Source: a virus
IMG/VR virus record: IMGVR_UViG_3300046361_000034
Coordinates: 1 to 64,000 of that record
Length of the DNA: 64,000 bases
Direction: 5' to 3' (one strand)
Below are positions 1 to 8,558 of this stretch, in pieces. The position numbers and the translations under genes were made by a program. Within the stretch, counting starts at the first letter, position 1. Every line of letters starts with the position of its first letter. The notes below the pieces were generated by a model. The model was not told the DNA's origin. It did no database searches and saw only the letters and a list, made by a program, of their open reading frames with translations.

Positions 1-248
1 AAAGTATTAAAATCAGCATCAGGAATTTCATAATGAAAATGATTTAAGGCTTCAAGTATATTAATTCCTTTATATTCTAAAAATTTAATGTAATAAGGTA
101 CTCCTATTTCTATTCTAGTTTGTTCTAATTGAATAACTTTAAATTTATCTCCTTCAAAAATGGTTTCTATAAATTTTCTACATTCAATAAAAGTTTCTTT
201 ATTTTGAGCTAAAGCTATTACTAGATGATTTGGGTTATAAGTACTCAT
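1..248 (-). CDS. hypothetical protein, partial (runs off left edge)
   Basis: ATG at 248-246 overlaps the helicase stop (TAATG); open frame MSTYNPNHLVIALAQNKETFIECRKF... continues to the window edge. Confidence 0.75.
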   Translation of the reverse strand, partial: MSTYNPNHLVIALAQNKETFIECRKFIETIFEGDKFKVIQLEQTRIEIGVPYYIKFLEYKGINILEALNHFHYEIPDADFNT

Positions 249-1600
249 TACATATATAATAAATTAAGTTCACTTGTTCTAGATATAGCAACATATATAA
301 GTTGTCTACGTTCTTGAGGTGTTTTATTTTTTAATATATCAGTTAATGTAATACCTACATTTTTATATGTACTACCTTGACATTTATGAACTGTAATAGC
401 ATAACCATAATCAATATCTTTATCACATTTTTGGTCAATTGCTGAACCAAATACAATAGTTTCAAGTAAAATAATTTGATTCTTAAAATCATAATATTGT
501 TTCCATTGTCTGAATTGTTTAGCTTTAGTATGACGAGCATGCATTTCAATTCTAAAATCTTCATAACTATCTTGATGTAATATAAACATAGGTGTTTTAC
601 CATCTTTAACTTCTACTACATAACCTTTATAAGTATTATGCATTATACGTTTTTCAAGTAAATCACATTTTGTTACAATATAATCAACAGAATTTTTAAC
701 AATAGGTACATAAAATGGTGGGGCATCTATATCTTTTCCAATAGATTTATACCCCATAAGTATTTCTCCTACTGCAATAGCTTCTTCTGATTTAATAACA
801 TTTTTTCTAATATATTTGTTAATAGATGTTACAGCTATATTTGTCCATGCAAGGGTTTTAATAATATCAGGATTTTGTTGGTATTCACTATCATAATATT
901 TTTCTAATAAACTATTATAATATGTGTCTTTATCTAAAAGTTTAAATCCTTCATTACCATTTAAATCAGTATTAATGGTTTTAAGGTATTCTAAACAAGT
1001 ATCTGTTTTATCTCTAACATCATTTCTAGCAAGTTCAATAAGTTTTTGATTTGGATTAGAATTAGATTGCCTTACAATTTCTGTAAGATGTACAATATTT
1101 TTATGTTTAAATGTAGTACTTAATACTTCTCCTACAGGTGGTAATTGATATTCATCACCAGTATAAATAATTTTAGTTTTATGATTAAATGCAGTATCTT
1201 CTAACAATTCTGCAAGTTTTTTATTTATCATAGATGCTTCATCTATAATAACTAATTTATAAGCACCTATTCTTTGTTCTCCTTGAACTTCAAATATAGG
1301 TTTATTTGGATTAAAATCTTCTAAAGCAATATTAGGTTTTAATCCTAGTAGTGCCTGTAAAGTTTCTCCATTTTGTCCAGTCATTTTACTTATAACTTCT
1401 TTGGCTTTATGTGTAGGAGCAGATACAGCTAATTTTACATTATACTTTACTTCTTGTATAATAGTATTCATTATTGTAGTTTTACCTGTACCAGCAAAGC
1501 CTGAAAGAGTATAAATATAATCTTCTTTTTCTGTAGGTTTACTATTTATAAACTCAATAAGTTTATCTTTAGCAATATTTTGTTCATCAGTTAATATCAT
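248..1600 (-). CDS. Dda/RecD-like superfamily 1B DNA helicase
   Basis: Walker A GFAGTGKT, APTHKA, Walker B IIDEASM, GDEYQLPPV, LTEIVRQ, YAITVHKCQGSTY, YVAISR. Confidence 0.93.
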   Translation of the reverse strand: MILTDEQNIAKDKLIEFINSKPTEKEDYIYTLSGFAGTGKTTIMNTIIQEVKYNVKLAVSAPTHKAKEVISKMTGQNGETLQALLGLKPNIALEDFNPNKPIFEVQGEQRIGAYKLVIIDEASMINKKLAELLEDTAFNHKTKIIYTGDEYQLPPVGEVLSTTFKHKNIVHLTEIVRQSNSNPNQKLIELARNDVRDKTDTCLEYLKTINTDLNGNEGFKLLDKDTYYNSLLEKYYDSEYQQNPDIIKTLAWTNIAVTSINKYIRKNVIKSEEAIAVGEILMGYKSIGKDIDAPPFYVPIVKNSVDYIVTKCDLLEKRIMHNTYKGYVVEVKDGKTPMFILHQDSYEDFRIEMHARHTKAKQFRQWKQYYDFKNQIILLETIVFGSAIDQKCDKDIDYGYAITVHKCQGSTYKNVGITLTDILKNKTPQERRQLIYVAISRTSELNLLYM

Positions 1601-2061
1601 TTACTCTCTATGGTTTTTATTATTAAATAGTTACCTTTATAGAATTTAGTATGGTTTATCCAATATAATTTATCGGTATCAGTTCTTGCTATATATTTAT
1701 GTTCAATAAGTTCATTAATAGTAGCATATAAAGCTTTATGTTTTTTATAATTAATTAAAACAGCAAAGACTTTAAGGTCTAAATGAAAAGTAAGATTATT
1801 ATATTCAAGTCTATCTTGAGTAATATAATAGAGTAAAGATTTTGCTAAGTTAGATAAATTATAATAAGCAGTAATATTAGTTTTACGTTCTACAACTTGC
1901 TTAATAAATTCTTCTGACTTAATAATAATCTTTTTTGTAATATAATAATCTTCTTTTTCATTATATTCTAATGGTATTAATTTTGTCTTATAACCTAATT
2001 CTTTTTTATCAAAGAAAGGACTAGAATTTAATAGATACTGTTTATTTCGTTTTTCAACCAC
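1597..2061 (-). CDS. RepL-like winged-helix replication/maintenance protein
   Basis: C-terminal INELIEHKYIART...YWINHTKFYKG resembles the RepL-type wHTH ending; adjacent to the helicase; GTG start uncertain. Confidence 0.6.
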   Translation of the reverse strand: MVEKRNKQYLLNSSPFFDKKELGYKTKLIPLEYNEKEDYYITKKIIIKSEEFIKQVVERKTNITAYYNLSNLAKSLLYYITQDRLEYNNLTFHLDLKVFAVLINYKKHKALYATINELIEHKYIARTDTDKLYWINHTKFYKGNYLIIKTIESK

Positions 2062-2699
2062 ATTTGTAATTTATCATCTGTTCTTATTAAATGTAAAAAA
2101 CAATCTCTGGTAGCACCAACATCACCTAAAGCATCATGAGCTTTATATTCTTCAGTAAGTTCTTTACCTGTACAATGTCTAAATAATTCATCAAGTCTAG
2201 GCCACTTAAATGCTCCACCAAATTTAGGATTAGGAAGCTTAAGTAAATCAGTAGTATATTTCATAGTACATAATGATTTTGTTCCTATTTTAATATTAGG
2301 TTTAATCCCTAATCTAAGAAGTTCAGATACCATAACATTTCTATCAAATTGATAATTATGACAAACAATAACATGACTAATAGATAAAAGTCCTTGAAAT
2401 ATCATAGCAACAGTAAACATTTCATCACCATTATCTAAACAATCTTGTAATGATATACCATGAACTTTAAAAGCTTCCTCAGCTAATTGAATAGGAAGAT
2501 TATTTCTAGTTGGTTTAACTAAAGCATTAAGAGAATAAATAAATTTAGGTCTAGCATTAAAATCATCTGTATCAATTTCAAATAATTCTGCACCTAATTG
2601 CATTAAATGTGGGTAATTATTTAAATCTTCTTCAGCATTTTTAAAATGTTTAGCTTTATCAGAAGTTTCTGTATCGAATATTAATATCAGTTGTTTCAT
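2028..2699 (-). CDS. DEDDh (DnaQ-like) 3'-5' exonuclease
   Basis: ExoI FDTET, ExoII HNYQFD, ExoIII HDALGD. Confidence 0.92.
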   Translation of the reverse strand: MKQLILIFDTETSDKAKHFKNAEEDLNNYPHLMQLGAELFEIDTDDFNARPKFIYSLNALVKPTRNNLPIQLAEEAFKVHGISLQDCLDNGDEMFTVAMIFQGLLSISHVIVCHNYQFDRNVMVSELLRLGIKPNIKIGTKSLCTMKYTTDLLKLPNPKFGGAFKWPRLDELFRHCTGKELTEEYKAHDALGDVGATRDCFLHLIRTDDKLQMWLKNEINSIY

Positions 2700-2860
2700 G
2701 GTTTCTCTTTTCTTTCGGTTAGATATACAGTTTGAAATATACCTTTAGTATTTACAGCTGTTGAAAGAACTTTAACAAAATGAGTTTTTAAATGTTCATT
2801 AAGAGCTTGTTCAGATTCTGTTGCTGTCTTAGATTCTATAATTTTAAATTGACCTGTCAT
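2696..2860 (-). CDS. small hypothetical protein (54 aa), not in the ORF track
   Basis: MTGQFKIIESKTATESEQALNEHLKTHFVKVLSTAVNTKGIFQTVYLTERKEKP*; TGA overlaps the exonuclease ATG (ATGA); fills the gap exactly. Confidence 0.75.
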   Translation of the reverse strand: MTGQFKIIESKTATESEQALNEHLKTHFVKVLSTAVNTKGIFQTVYLTERKEKP

Positions 2861-2862
2861 AA

Positions 2863-3123
2863 TTAATTATCTTTAGAAATTAGTTTAGGTGGATTTAACT
2901 GCTCTTTCAAATAAGCAATAGCTTTTTCAACATTATCAAATACTTCATCTTTTGGATAAGCTTTTATAATGAGTTTATCTTCTTGAAAAGTTTCAAATTG
3001 TACAGCTATTTCTCTATTGTCATTACTTACAACATTTCCTACAGCAATTGTAGCAGATTGTGTAATATTATGTCCATATAATTCTAGATTAGATATTACA
3101 TAAACTTTAGTTCCATTATTCAT
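2863..3123 (-). CDS. hypothetical protein
   Basis: 86-aa ORF tightly packed in the operon. Confidence 0.7.
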   Translation of the reverse strand: MNNGTKVYVISNLELYGHNITQSATIAVGNVVSNDNREIAVQFETFQEDKLIIKAYPKDEVFDNVEKAIAYLKEQLNPPKLISKDN

Positions 3124-3319
3124 CTTTAAGGAGTTTAAATATTTTTCTTGATTTTATTCTTAATTGTTCTGTTAATATATCAAGATATTCAAAATTAATA
3201 GAAGTTCTAGTAATAAATTCTATCTGATTTTTAAGATAACCTTTAGACATATCTTTAATAAAATGTTCTTTGCCTAAATGATCTATATAGATATTAAGTG
3301 ATTGCTGTTCTTCATTCAT
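3116..3319 (-). CDS. hypothetical protein
   Basis: 67-aa ORF overlapping its neighbour by 8 nt. Confidence 0.7.
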   Translation of the reverse strand: MNEEQQSLNIYIDHLGKEHFIKDMSKGYLKNQIEFITRTSINFEYLDILTEQLRIKSRKIFKLLKDE

Positions 3320-3335
3320 TGTTTGGTTTAGATTA

Positions 3336-3611
3336 TTAATTATTGTTTAAATAAAATACTAAAAGAGTTTGAGTAGTATCATTAAGTGCAGTATTATCTA
3401 CAAATACTACTTCTCTTTCTGTTTCTTCGTGATTATATTTAGGTTTACACATCATAATTTGATTAGTAAAAGTATTATAACCAAGTATAGACCAAAAACC
3501 TATATTAGTATTATTTAAATAACCTTTATTATGATTATTCAGTATATCTTCATTAGATTTAATAAGTCTTATAGTAGTAAAATTAAAAACTTCAGTTTTA
3601 AAACTGCACAT
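3336..3611 (-). CDS. hypothetical protein
   Basis: 91-aa ORF in the operon. Confidence 0.6.
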   Translation of the reverse strand: MCSFKTEVFNFTTIRLIKSNEDILNNHNKGYLNNTNIGFWSILGYNTFTNQIMMCKPKYNHEETEREVVFVDNTALNDTTQTLLVFYLNNN

Positions 3612-3909
3612 AATAATGAATAGTTTTATCTTGTATTAATAACTTTACTTGCTTACTACAATTTATTTCATTAAGTGTACCAGATAATTTTAAATCAGTT
3701 ATTTTTTGATTATCAGATGAAATTAATTCATAAGTTTTAGTATCTATTTTAGTAACAACTCCTGATAATATTTTAGAATTTGCTATTACATCTTTAGCTT
3801 TATTAACCTTACCTACAATAACATCATTATCTATAAATCTATTACTAGATTTACATTGAATACCTTCATGTAATAAATACCCTATAATAATAGTATTAAC
3901 TTTAGACAT
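3598..3909 (-). CDS. hypothetical protein
   Basis: 103-aa ORF overlapping the GroES-like stop. Confidence 0.7.
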   Translation of the reverse strand: MSKVNTIIIGYLLHEGIQCKSSNRFIDNDVIVGKVNKAKDVIANSKILSGVVTKIDTKTYELISSDNQKITDLKLSGTLNEINCSKQVKLLIQDKTIHYYVQF

Positions 3910-4315
3910 TTACATTTACTTGGGTATTATCAGGAAGTAATTCAGCTAATATATAATCTGCATTAGTAAGAAGTACTACATTAGTACCTTCAATTGGTAA
4001 GTCAAATTTATCTACACCATGAGCAGCAAATATAACAGTTTTACCTATAAGAGATACTTCAGCTTGTAGTGTATTTGGGTCAATATCAGTATCTTTGCCT
4101 TTAGAGAGAATAGTAGAGAGTCTTTCTTTAACAACATTATCTAATTTACCTTGTGCAATAATTACACCAGTTCTCATTACTTGATTACGTTTTTCTTCTT
4201 CTATTTCAGCAGTAGCACGTTGAATACCACCAGCAGTAGTTTCTTTTACCTCAACAGGATGTGCATCAATTAGGATTTTGTTCTCTATAAGAACGATGTG
4301 TTTTAAGTTTAACAT
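3902..4315 (-). CDS. groES: GroES/Cpn10-like co-chaperonin (probable start MLNLKH at 4315)
   Basis: ENKILI...ETTAGGI mobile loop, GVIIAQG, IGKTVIF, VVLL...DYILA match the Cpn10 pattern; about 30-aa insertion in the roof region. Confidence 0.8.
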   Translation of the reverse strand: MLNLKHIVLIENKILIDAHPVEVKETTAGGIQRATAEIEEEKRNQVMRTGVIIAQGKLDNVVKERLSTILSKGKDTDIDPNTLQAEVSLIGKTVIFAAHGVDKFDLPIEGTNVVLLTNADYILAELLPDNTQVNVNV

Positions 4316-4389
4316 TTGAATATGATTTAAGATTAATAATAAGTTAAATAATTTCTTCAACATTTCTTTTATAGGCAAATAGTCGCTCT

Positions 4390-4433
4390 AGTACTATAAA
4401 ACGTGGTACACGAGTACCATAAAACATAGTACT
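4390..4433. promoter_or_regulatory. interrupted inverted repeat / hairpin upstream of the GroES-like gene
   Basis: AGTACTAT(4390-4397)/ATAGTACT(4426-4433) outer stem, TGGTAC/GTACCA inner stem with 4-nt loop, symmetric 6-nt internal loop. Confidence 0.6.
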
Positions 4434-4606
4434 GATTTAAGAAAAAAGTGAGTGTTTATAGGGGTTAACAAAGGTTGCTTCTATATAATAATAGTAAGCC
4501 ATTCGGATTGATTTTCCTAGTGATTTGATATATTAATTTTGGCTTATTATAAAGCCCTCTATTACATAATAATTTATATAGTAATATCAGAATATAACTT
4601 TTAAAA

Positions 4607-4678
4607 ATAATTGCAATACGGTTAACGCATAGGCTCACACAAAGGCGTATGACTATACATTTAACCGTATGCAACTAT
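4607..4678 (-). ncRNA. long (~30 bp) imperfect RNA hairpin, candidate RNase III site or sRNA
   Basis: Minus strand TTGCATACGGTTAA-ATGTATAG-TCATAC-GCCTTT-GTGTGA-GC-CTATGCGT-TAACCGTATTGCAA; the mismatches become G-U pairs only on the minus strand. Confidence 0.6.
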
Positions 4679-4688
4679 AACCAAACAA

Positions 4689-5187
4689 CTAACAACAATC
4701 AATCACAAATTGTATGTTAAATGCTCTAGTATAATCAATACTAATAGCATTATAAGTTCTTTTAGCACCATTATATACAACGTGGTCTATAATGGTCAAG
4801 CTGGTAACTCCTTACACGCCAACAAGTATCTCAATGAGTATCTCTATGTTCAGCTTCTAATACCATATCAGCTGTTGTGTAGATAAGTTTATATGTACTC
4901 CCAATTTTAGTATGTAACTTAATGTTAAACTAAAGCACAACTTCACTATATCTTTCTTTTCTATATCATCATATAGTAGGTTTCAAGGTTTAACCTAGAT
5001 TTTGCTAATGATTTAGCGTATGAATTTGCATGAATGTTAACAATAGAGAAGATAGTATTCCATATTGTTTATATGCAGTTGTAAGATTATCAACTGTTCG
5101 GTTAATAAGTTCTTGTTTTTGTGGGTTAGTAGATGCTACTAATCTTCCTTTAGAAATTCTTCTACGTTGTTTGGTTGGGTTTGTCAT
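4689..5187 (-). pseudogene. decayed or frameshifted ORF (or locally erroneous assembly)
   Basis: The 5005-5187 ORF continues as protein-like fragments in shifting frames (NTIFSIVNIHANSYAKSLAKSRLNLETYY; KLHTKIGSTYKLIYTTADMVLEAEH; GVTSLTIIDHVVYNGAKRTYNAISIDYTRAF) broken by stops. Confidence 0.4.
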
Positions 5188-5206
5188 TATGATTAATATT
5201 AATTAG

Positions 5207-5956
5207 TTATAAGTATTTGTTTATAAGTTCTAAATATAGTTCATTAAAATCTTTATTATTTCTTTCAGATAATGTACCAGCAATACCACATTTTAATCCA
5301 AAAGATAGTATTTCTTCTCTAGTAAAACTATTTTTTAATTTCTTAATTGTAATAGTGTTGTCTTTAGGATTTACTTTTAATATTTCTTTATATGTAGGGT
5401 AACAACAAGGTAAAAAATGTAAAGCAGTAACTCCTGGCTTATGACATATACAAGTACACTGTCCTTCTATAAGATTTTCATATTCAACTAATACATCAGT
5501 AATAACTTCACCTTTATTATAAGATTCAATATATTTTTCAATGAATTGTTGTGATGGTTGAGGTAAATATTCAATAGTATGAAAAGCTCTTTTAGTACTA
5601 TCAGAATAATGTGTAGGATTTAATACTAATGAAGTATCTGTTGTAGCTATGATTTTTTTCCAATTAGCAATATTTACAATATCCTCTCCTTTACTAAATA
5701 CATTATTTTTATGTATATTCATATACCAAGCATAAAAATTAACTTCTTTTATTTCATCGTCTGAAATAATATATAAATAATAATAATTGAAATTACCACT
5801 ACAAATAAATTCTAAAAAATATAATATATTTTCATCATATTTTTCAGAATCTGAATTTTTAGCTCTACCAAAATGAAAACTTTTATTACATAAAGCAATT
5901 TTTGTTTTATTGTCTGTTGGTAACATTACCACTTTTATTCTTTTAAACTGTTCCAT
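5207..5956 (-). CDS. conserved-looking Bacteroidota phage hypothetical protein with a Cys/His insert
   Basis: 249 aa; KVVMLPT, KKIIATTD, LPQPSQQFIEKY, LKVNPKDNTITIK blocks; CTCICH...HFLPCC segment. Confidence 0.75.
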   Translation of the reverse strand: MEQFKRIKVVMLPTDNKTKIALCNKSFHFGRAKNSDSEKYDENILYFLEFICSGNFNYYYLYIISDDEIKEVNFYAWYMNIHKNNVFSKGEDIVNIANWKKIIATTDTSLVLNPTHYSDSTKRAFHTIEYLPQPSQQFIEKYIESYNKGEVITDVLVEYENLIEGQCTCICHKPGVTALHFLPCCYPTYKEILKVNPKDNTITIKKLKNSFTREEILSFGLKCGIAGTLSERNNKDFNELYLELINKYL

Positions 5957-6006
5957 AACATTTGTTTTTAAGATTATTAATTTGTTTATTTATTTCTATG
6001 GTTTTT

Positions 6007-6158
6007 ACACTAATAGCTTTCAGAGTTAGTCCTCTGTGCTTACATTAGTGTCATCAAATCTACTTATATCTCATCTTTATAATCTTACGATTAAAGGTTC
6101 AATCAGCAATAAGTACTTGACCAGGAGTACGCATATAAGTTGCTGCCTTTGAAACAGC
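6007..6158 (-). ncRNA. candidate multi-helix structured RNA
   Basis: Helices 6007-6014/6044-6051, 6021-6025/6032-6036, 6062-6069/6133-6140, 6113-6117/6126-6130, 6081-6084/6089-6092 (GUAA GNRA loop on the minus strand), crossing helix 6104-6109/6140-6145. Confidence 0.5.
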
Positions 6159-6167
6159 TGGAAATGC

Positions 6168-6428
6168 TTAATCTTTTAGTTCATCTTGAACTACTTGTCT
6201 TATTACAACATCAGGAGTAATATTTCCTTTAATTTGTTGTATAATTTCATTTGAACTAAAGGTACATAAACCTAATAATTCTATAGGATTAAAACCTTCA
6301 TTAATACGTTGTATTGTACTAGTTTTATCATCATAGCTTGTTACTTTGATAACATATCTTTGTACTTTAATTTCTTTACGTTCAATAGGTTTAGTAACTT
6401 CTTTACTGGATTTTTTATTTGTTGTCAT
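6168..6428 (-). CDS. hypothetical protein
   Basis: 86-aa ORF with typical codon usage. Confidence 0.75.
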   Translation of the reverse strand: MTTNKKSSKEVTKPIERKEIKVQRYVIKVTSYDDKTSTIQRINEGFNPIELLGLCTFSSNEIIQQIKGNITPDVVIRQVVQDELKD

Positions 6429-6430
6429 AT

Positions 6431-6727
6431 TTAGTGTCTTGTATCTGCTATAATTTTAGCAATATTAAATCCATTTTGTCTTTGTCCTCTGTGATTAACA
6501 GCATTTACACTAAATCTATAACGATATAGTTTTCTAACGCCACGATGTTTACCTACTAGAGTAATTGTTCTTTCTATATCTCCTAATGTTAAATTAGTAG
6601 TTACAGGGGGTTTTTGTCCACCACGATTAGGATTTTTAATAGCACCATTTTTGTTTAAGATGTAACCATTAATAGTATATCTTTGATAATCAGTTGTACG
6701 TTTTTTTTGTAATTTACGATTTGACAT
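6431..6727 (-). CDS. basic hypothetical protein (possible nucleic-acid binding)
   Basis: 98 aa, Arg/Lys-rich. Confidence 0.7.
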   Translation of the reverse strand: MSNRKLQKKRTTDYQRYTINGYILNKNGAIKNPNRGGQKPPVTTNLTLGDIERTITLVGKHRGVRKLYRYRFSVNAVNHRGQRQNGFNIAKIIADTRH

Positions 6728-6743
6728 TGTTTGTTAATTTAAG

Positions 6744-7085
6744 TTAATGTGTTAAATAATAGAAATAAGACCATGTTAAGCATAAGATTATATGATATAA
6801 TTTGATGAACCAATCTTGTTGATAAAATGGTATATTCCCATCGTTATCAAATTGATTAGCTAAACTAATAGTTTTATCCTTAGTTTCATCATAATCTCCT
6901 TCATCATTTATTCCGGAATCTCTATCCTGATTAATAATAAAAATTTGTTGTTTATGATTTTCTGCTTCTAAAAATCCTAGAAATCCATAATGTTCATTAA
7001 GCGCATATTTAAATGTACCTCCTGTAAGTAATAAAGCAATAAATAGTATAATACTATCTAAGGAATTTAGTATGAATTGCATCAT
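6744..7085 (-). CDS. membrane protein (2 predicted TM segments)
   Basis: Hydrophobic N- and C-terminal segments flanking an acidic loop. Confidence 0.7.
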   Translation of the reverse strand: MMQFILNSLDSIILFIALLLTGGTFKYALNEHYGFLGFLEAENHKQQIFIINQDRDSGINDEGDYDETKDKTISLANQFDNDGNIPFYQQDWFIKLYHIILCLTWSYFYYLTH

Positions 7086-7095
7086 AATTTAAAAT

Positions 7096-7500
7096 TTAAG
7101 TTGTTTCTAGTTGAGTATCTCGTAATTTTTCCATATCATTAAAGATTTGTAATGCTCTAGGAAACTCATGTGTAAGTTCTCTTATACCTTTCCAATATCT
7201 ATACTTAGCTACAATAACATTACCTATTTCAACTTCCTCTCTAAATGTATTAATTATAAAAGGGTTATTAGATGATGTATCTAAAGATTGTTTAGTAATA
7301 GCAAGGTATTTGTTGTAGATGTTATTGTTTACAAGTAGCTCTTCTATTTCTTGTTTAGTAATAGAGTGTGTAATAGTTGTTACTAAATCTATCATAACTA
7401 ATTCATTAGTTTGTTCTAGATTATTAGTAATTTTAAACTGATTATCATTAAGTATATTAATGACAGCTAAAGTGCTAAAGTTATATGATGTGTTATACAT
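7096..7500 (-). CDS. hypothetical protein
   Basis: 134-aa ORF. Confidence 0.7.
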   Translation of the reverse strand: MYNTSYNFSTLAVINILNDNQFKITNNLEQTNELVMIDLVTTITHSITKQEIEELLVNNNIYNKYLAITKQSLDTSSNNPFIINTFREEVEIGNVIVAKYRYWKGIRELTHEFPRALQIFNDMEKLRDTQLETT

Positions 7501-7508
7501 AGGATTAA

Positions 7509-7826
7509 TTATTGAGTTGTTACAAAGCCAAATTCTTTAAGTTTATCAGAAAATCTATTAGTATCTTTACCATAAGTAAATGCTAAATCTTCTAATAACT
7601 GTTGTCTTAATGCAGGAGTAATAAGAATTCTAGTAGGAGGAGTTAATTCTAGATTAATAGAATGTATTGCATCCCAGTCACTATCAAAATTTCTATCACG
7701 GTATATACCACAATCTACTTCTTTTCCTGCACTAATCCCTTTAGTAATATGTAATATAGGTATATTAGATTTGATTACTAAAAGGGAATAATTAATTTTT
7801 GTTGTTTTATCTTCAATTATTTGCAT
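7509..7826 (-). CDS. hypothetical protein
   Basis: 105-aa ORF. Confidence 0.7.
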   Translation of the reverse strand: MQIIEDKTTKINYSLLVIKSNIPILHITKGISAGKEVDCGIYRDRNFDSDWDAIHSINLELTPPTRILITPALRQQLLEDLAFTYGKDTNRFSDKLKEFGFVTTQ

Positions 7827-7836
7827 GATTAGTTAT

Positions 7837-7932
7837 TTAAGATTTTGTTGCATCAATGAATAAGAAAATCATAACCATTATTAAGAATATGATTAATAGT
7901 TTATATGCTAAGGGCATTTTTAGTTTGTCCAT
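7837..7932 (-). CDS. 31-aa single-TM microprotein, not in the ORF track
   Basis: MDKLKMPLAYKLLIIFLIMVMIFLFIDATKS*; A-rich leader; ends 10 nt before the next ATG. Confidence 0.55.
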   Translation of the reverse strand: MDKLKMPLAYKLLIIFLIMVMIFLFIDATKS

Positions 7933-8022
7933 AATTAGTTTTAGTTGTTTATTTGGTATATATTGCTTTATTTTAATGTCAAGCGATATAAGCCAATGAG
8001 TTAATATGAATGGTTCAATGAG

Positions 8023-8310
8023 TTAACCGAATATGATAGTATGTTTATTAAACTTTAATTCTATTATTTTACCAGTTTCTCTAGCATTATAACATTGTTT
8101 AATAACTTCTTGCATATCTTGTGCAGATATAGCATCATCAACCATAAGAACTAGCATATGAGAATTTAATCCAAATATAAGTTCAGTTTTTAATGTTTTA
8201 TCTGGATTAAGAAGTACAAGTCTATCAGATGATATACCAAAATATTGATTATTAGGTATAGGTTGACCAAATGGATTTGGATTTACTTGGTGTGATGCGG
8301 ATAATTGCAT
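8023..8310 (-). CDS. hypothetical protein
   Basis: 95-aa ORF directly downstream of the C-free tract. Confidence 0.7.
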   Translation of the reverse strand: MQLSASHQVNPNPFGQPIPNNQYFGISSDRLVLLNPDKTLKTELIFGLNSHMLVLMVDDAISAQDMQEVIKQCYNARETGKIIELKFNKHTIIFG

Positions 8311-8382
8311 AGTATGATTGAGTTAAGTTATTGGTTGAGGTACAGTAATAACACGTTGTGTAACGAAGTTAATATTGTAAGC

Positions 8383-8558
8383 TGTTGGAAATGATTTGGA
8401 TATGGAAAGAGTGTTGATTGATTAAGGGAAGGATTATAGGTATGATTAGGATTAGGAGGATTAGAATGATTAGGATATTAAAGATGAGGAGGATTAGGAT
8501 AAGGATGATTAGGAGATTGATGGGTAGGTAGGAGGAGGAAGATGTATAGATAATATAG
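8383..8558 (+). repeat. 176-nt tract with no C on the plus strand; degenerate GATTAGGA repeats
   Basis: No C between 8383 and 8558; GATTAGGA at 8444, 8450, 8468, 8492, 8507. Confidence 0.9.

Noticed and set aside
4465-4674. 69-aa minus-strand ORF in the track
   Set aside because: Overlaps the long RNA hairpin and has an unnatural composition; probably non-coding
6062-6145. Hammerhead, HDV-like ribozyme or group I intron call
   Set aside because: CUGAUUGA/GAGA do not match the hammerhead core, the HDV catalytic C and P1.1 are absent, and the R/S-like words are in the wrong order; kept only as an unassigned structured RNA
7953-7996. Imperfect inverted repeat upstream of the 31-aa ORF
   Set aside because: AT-rich with a 12-nt loop and no U-tract; too weak to assign a function
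8383-8558. CRISPR array or telomere-like TTAGG repeat
   Set aside because: Repeats are short, degenerate and irregularly spaced, with no repeat-spacer structure and no cas or reverse transcriptase gene; the TTAGG resemblance follows from the composition
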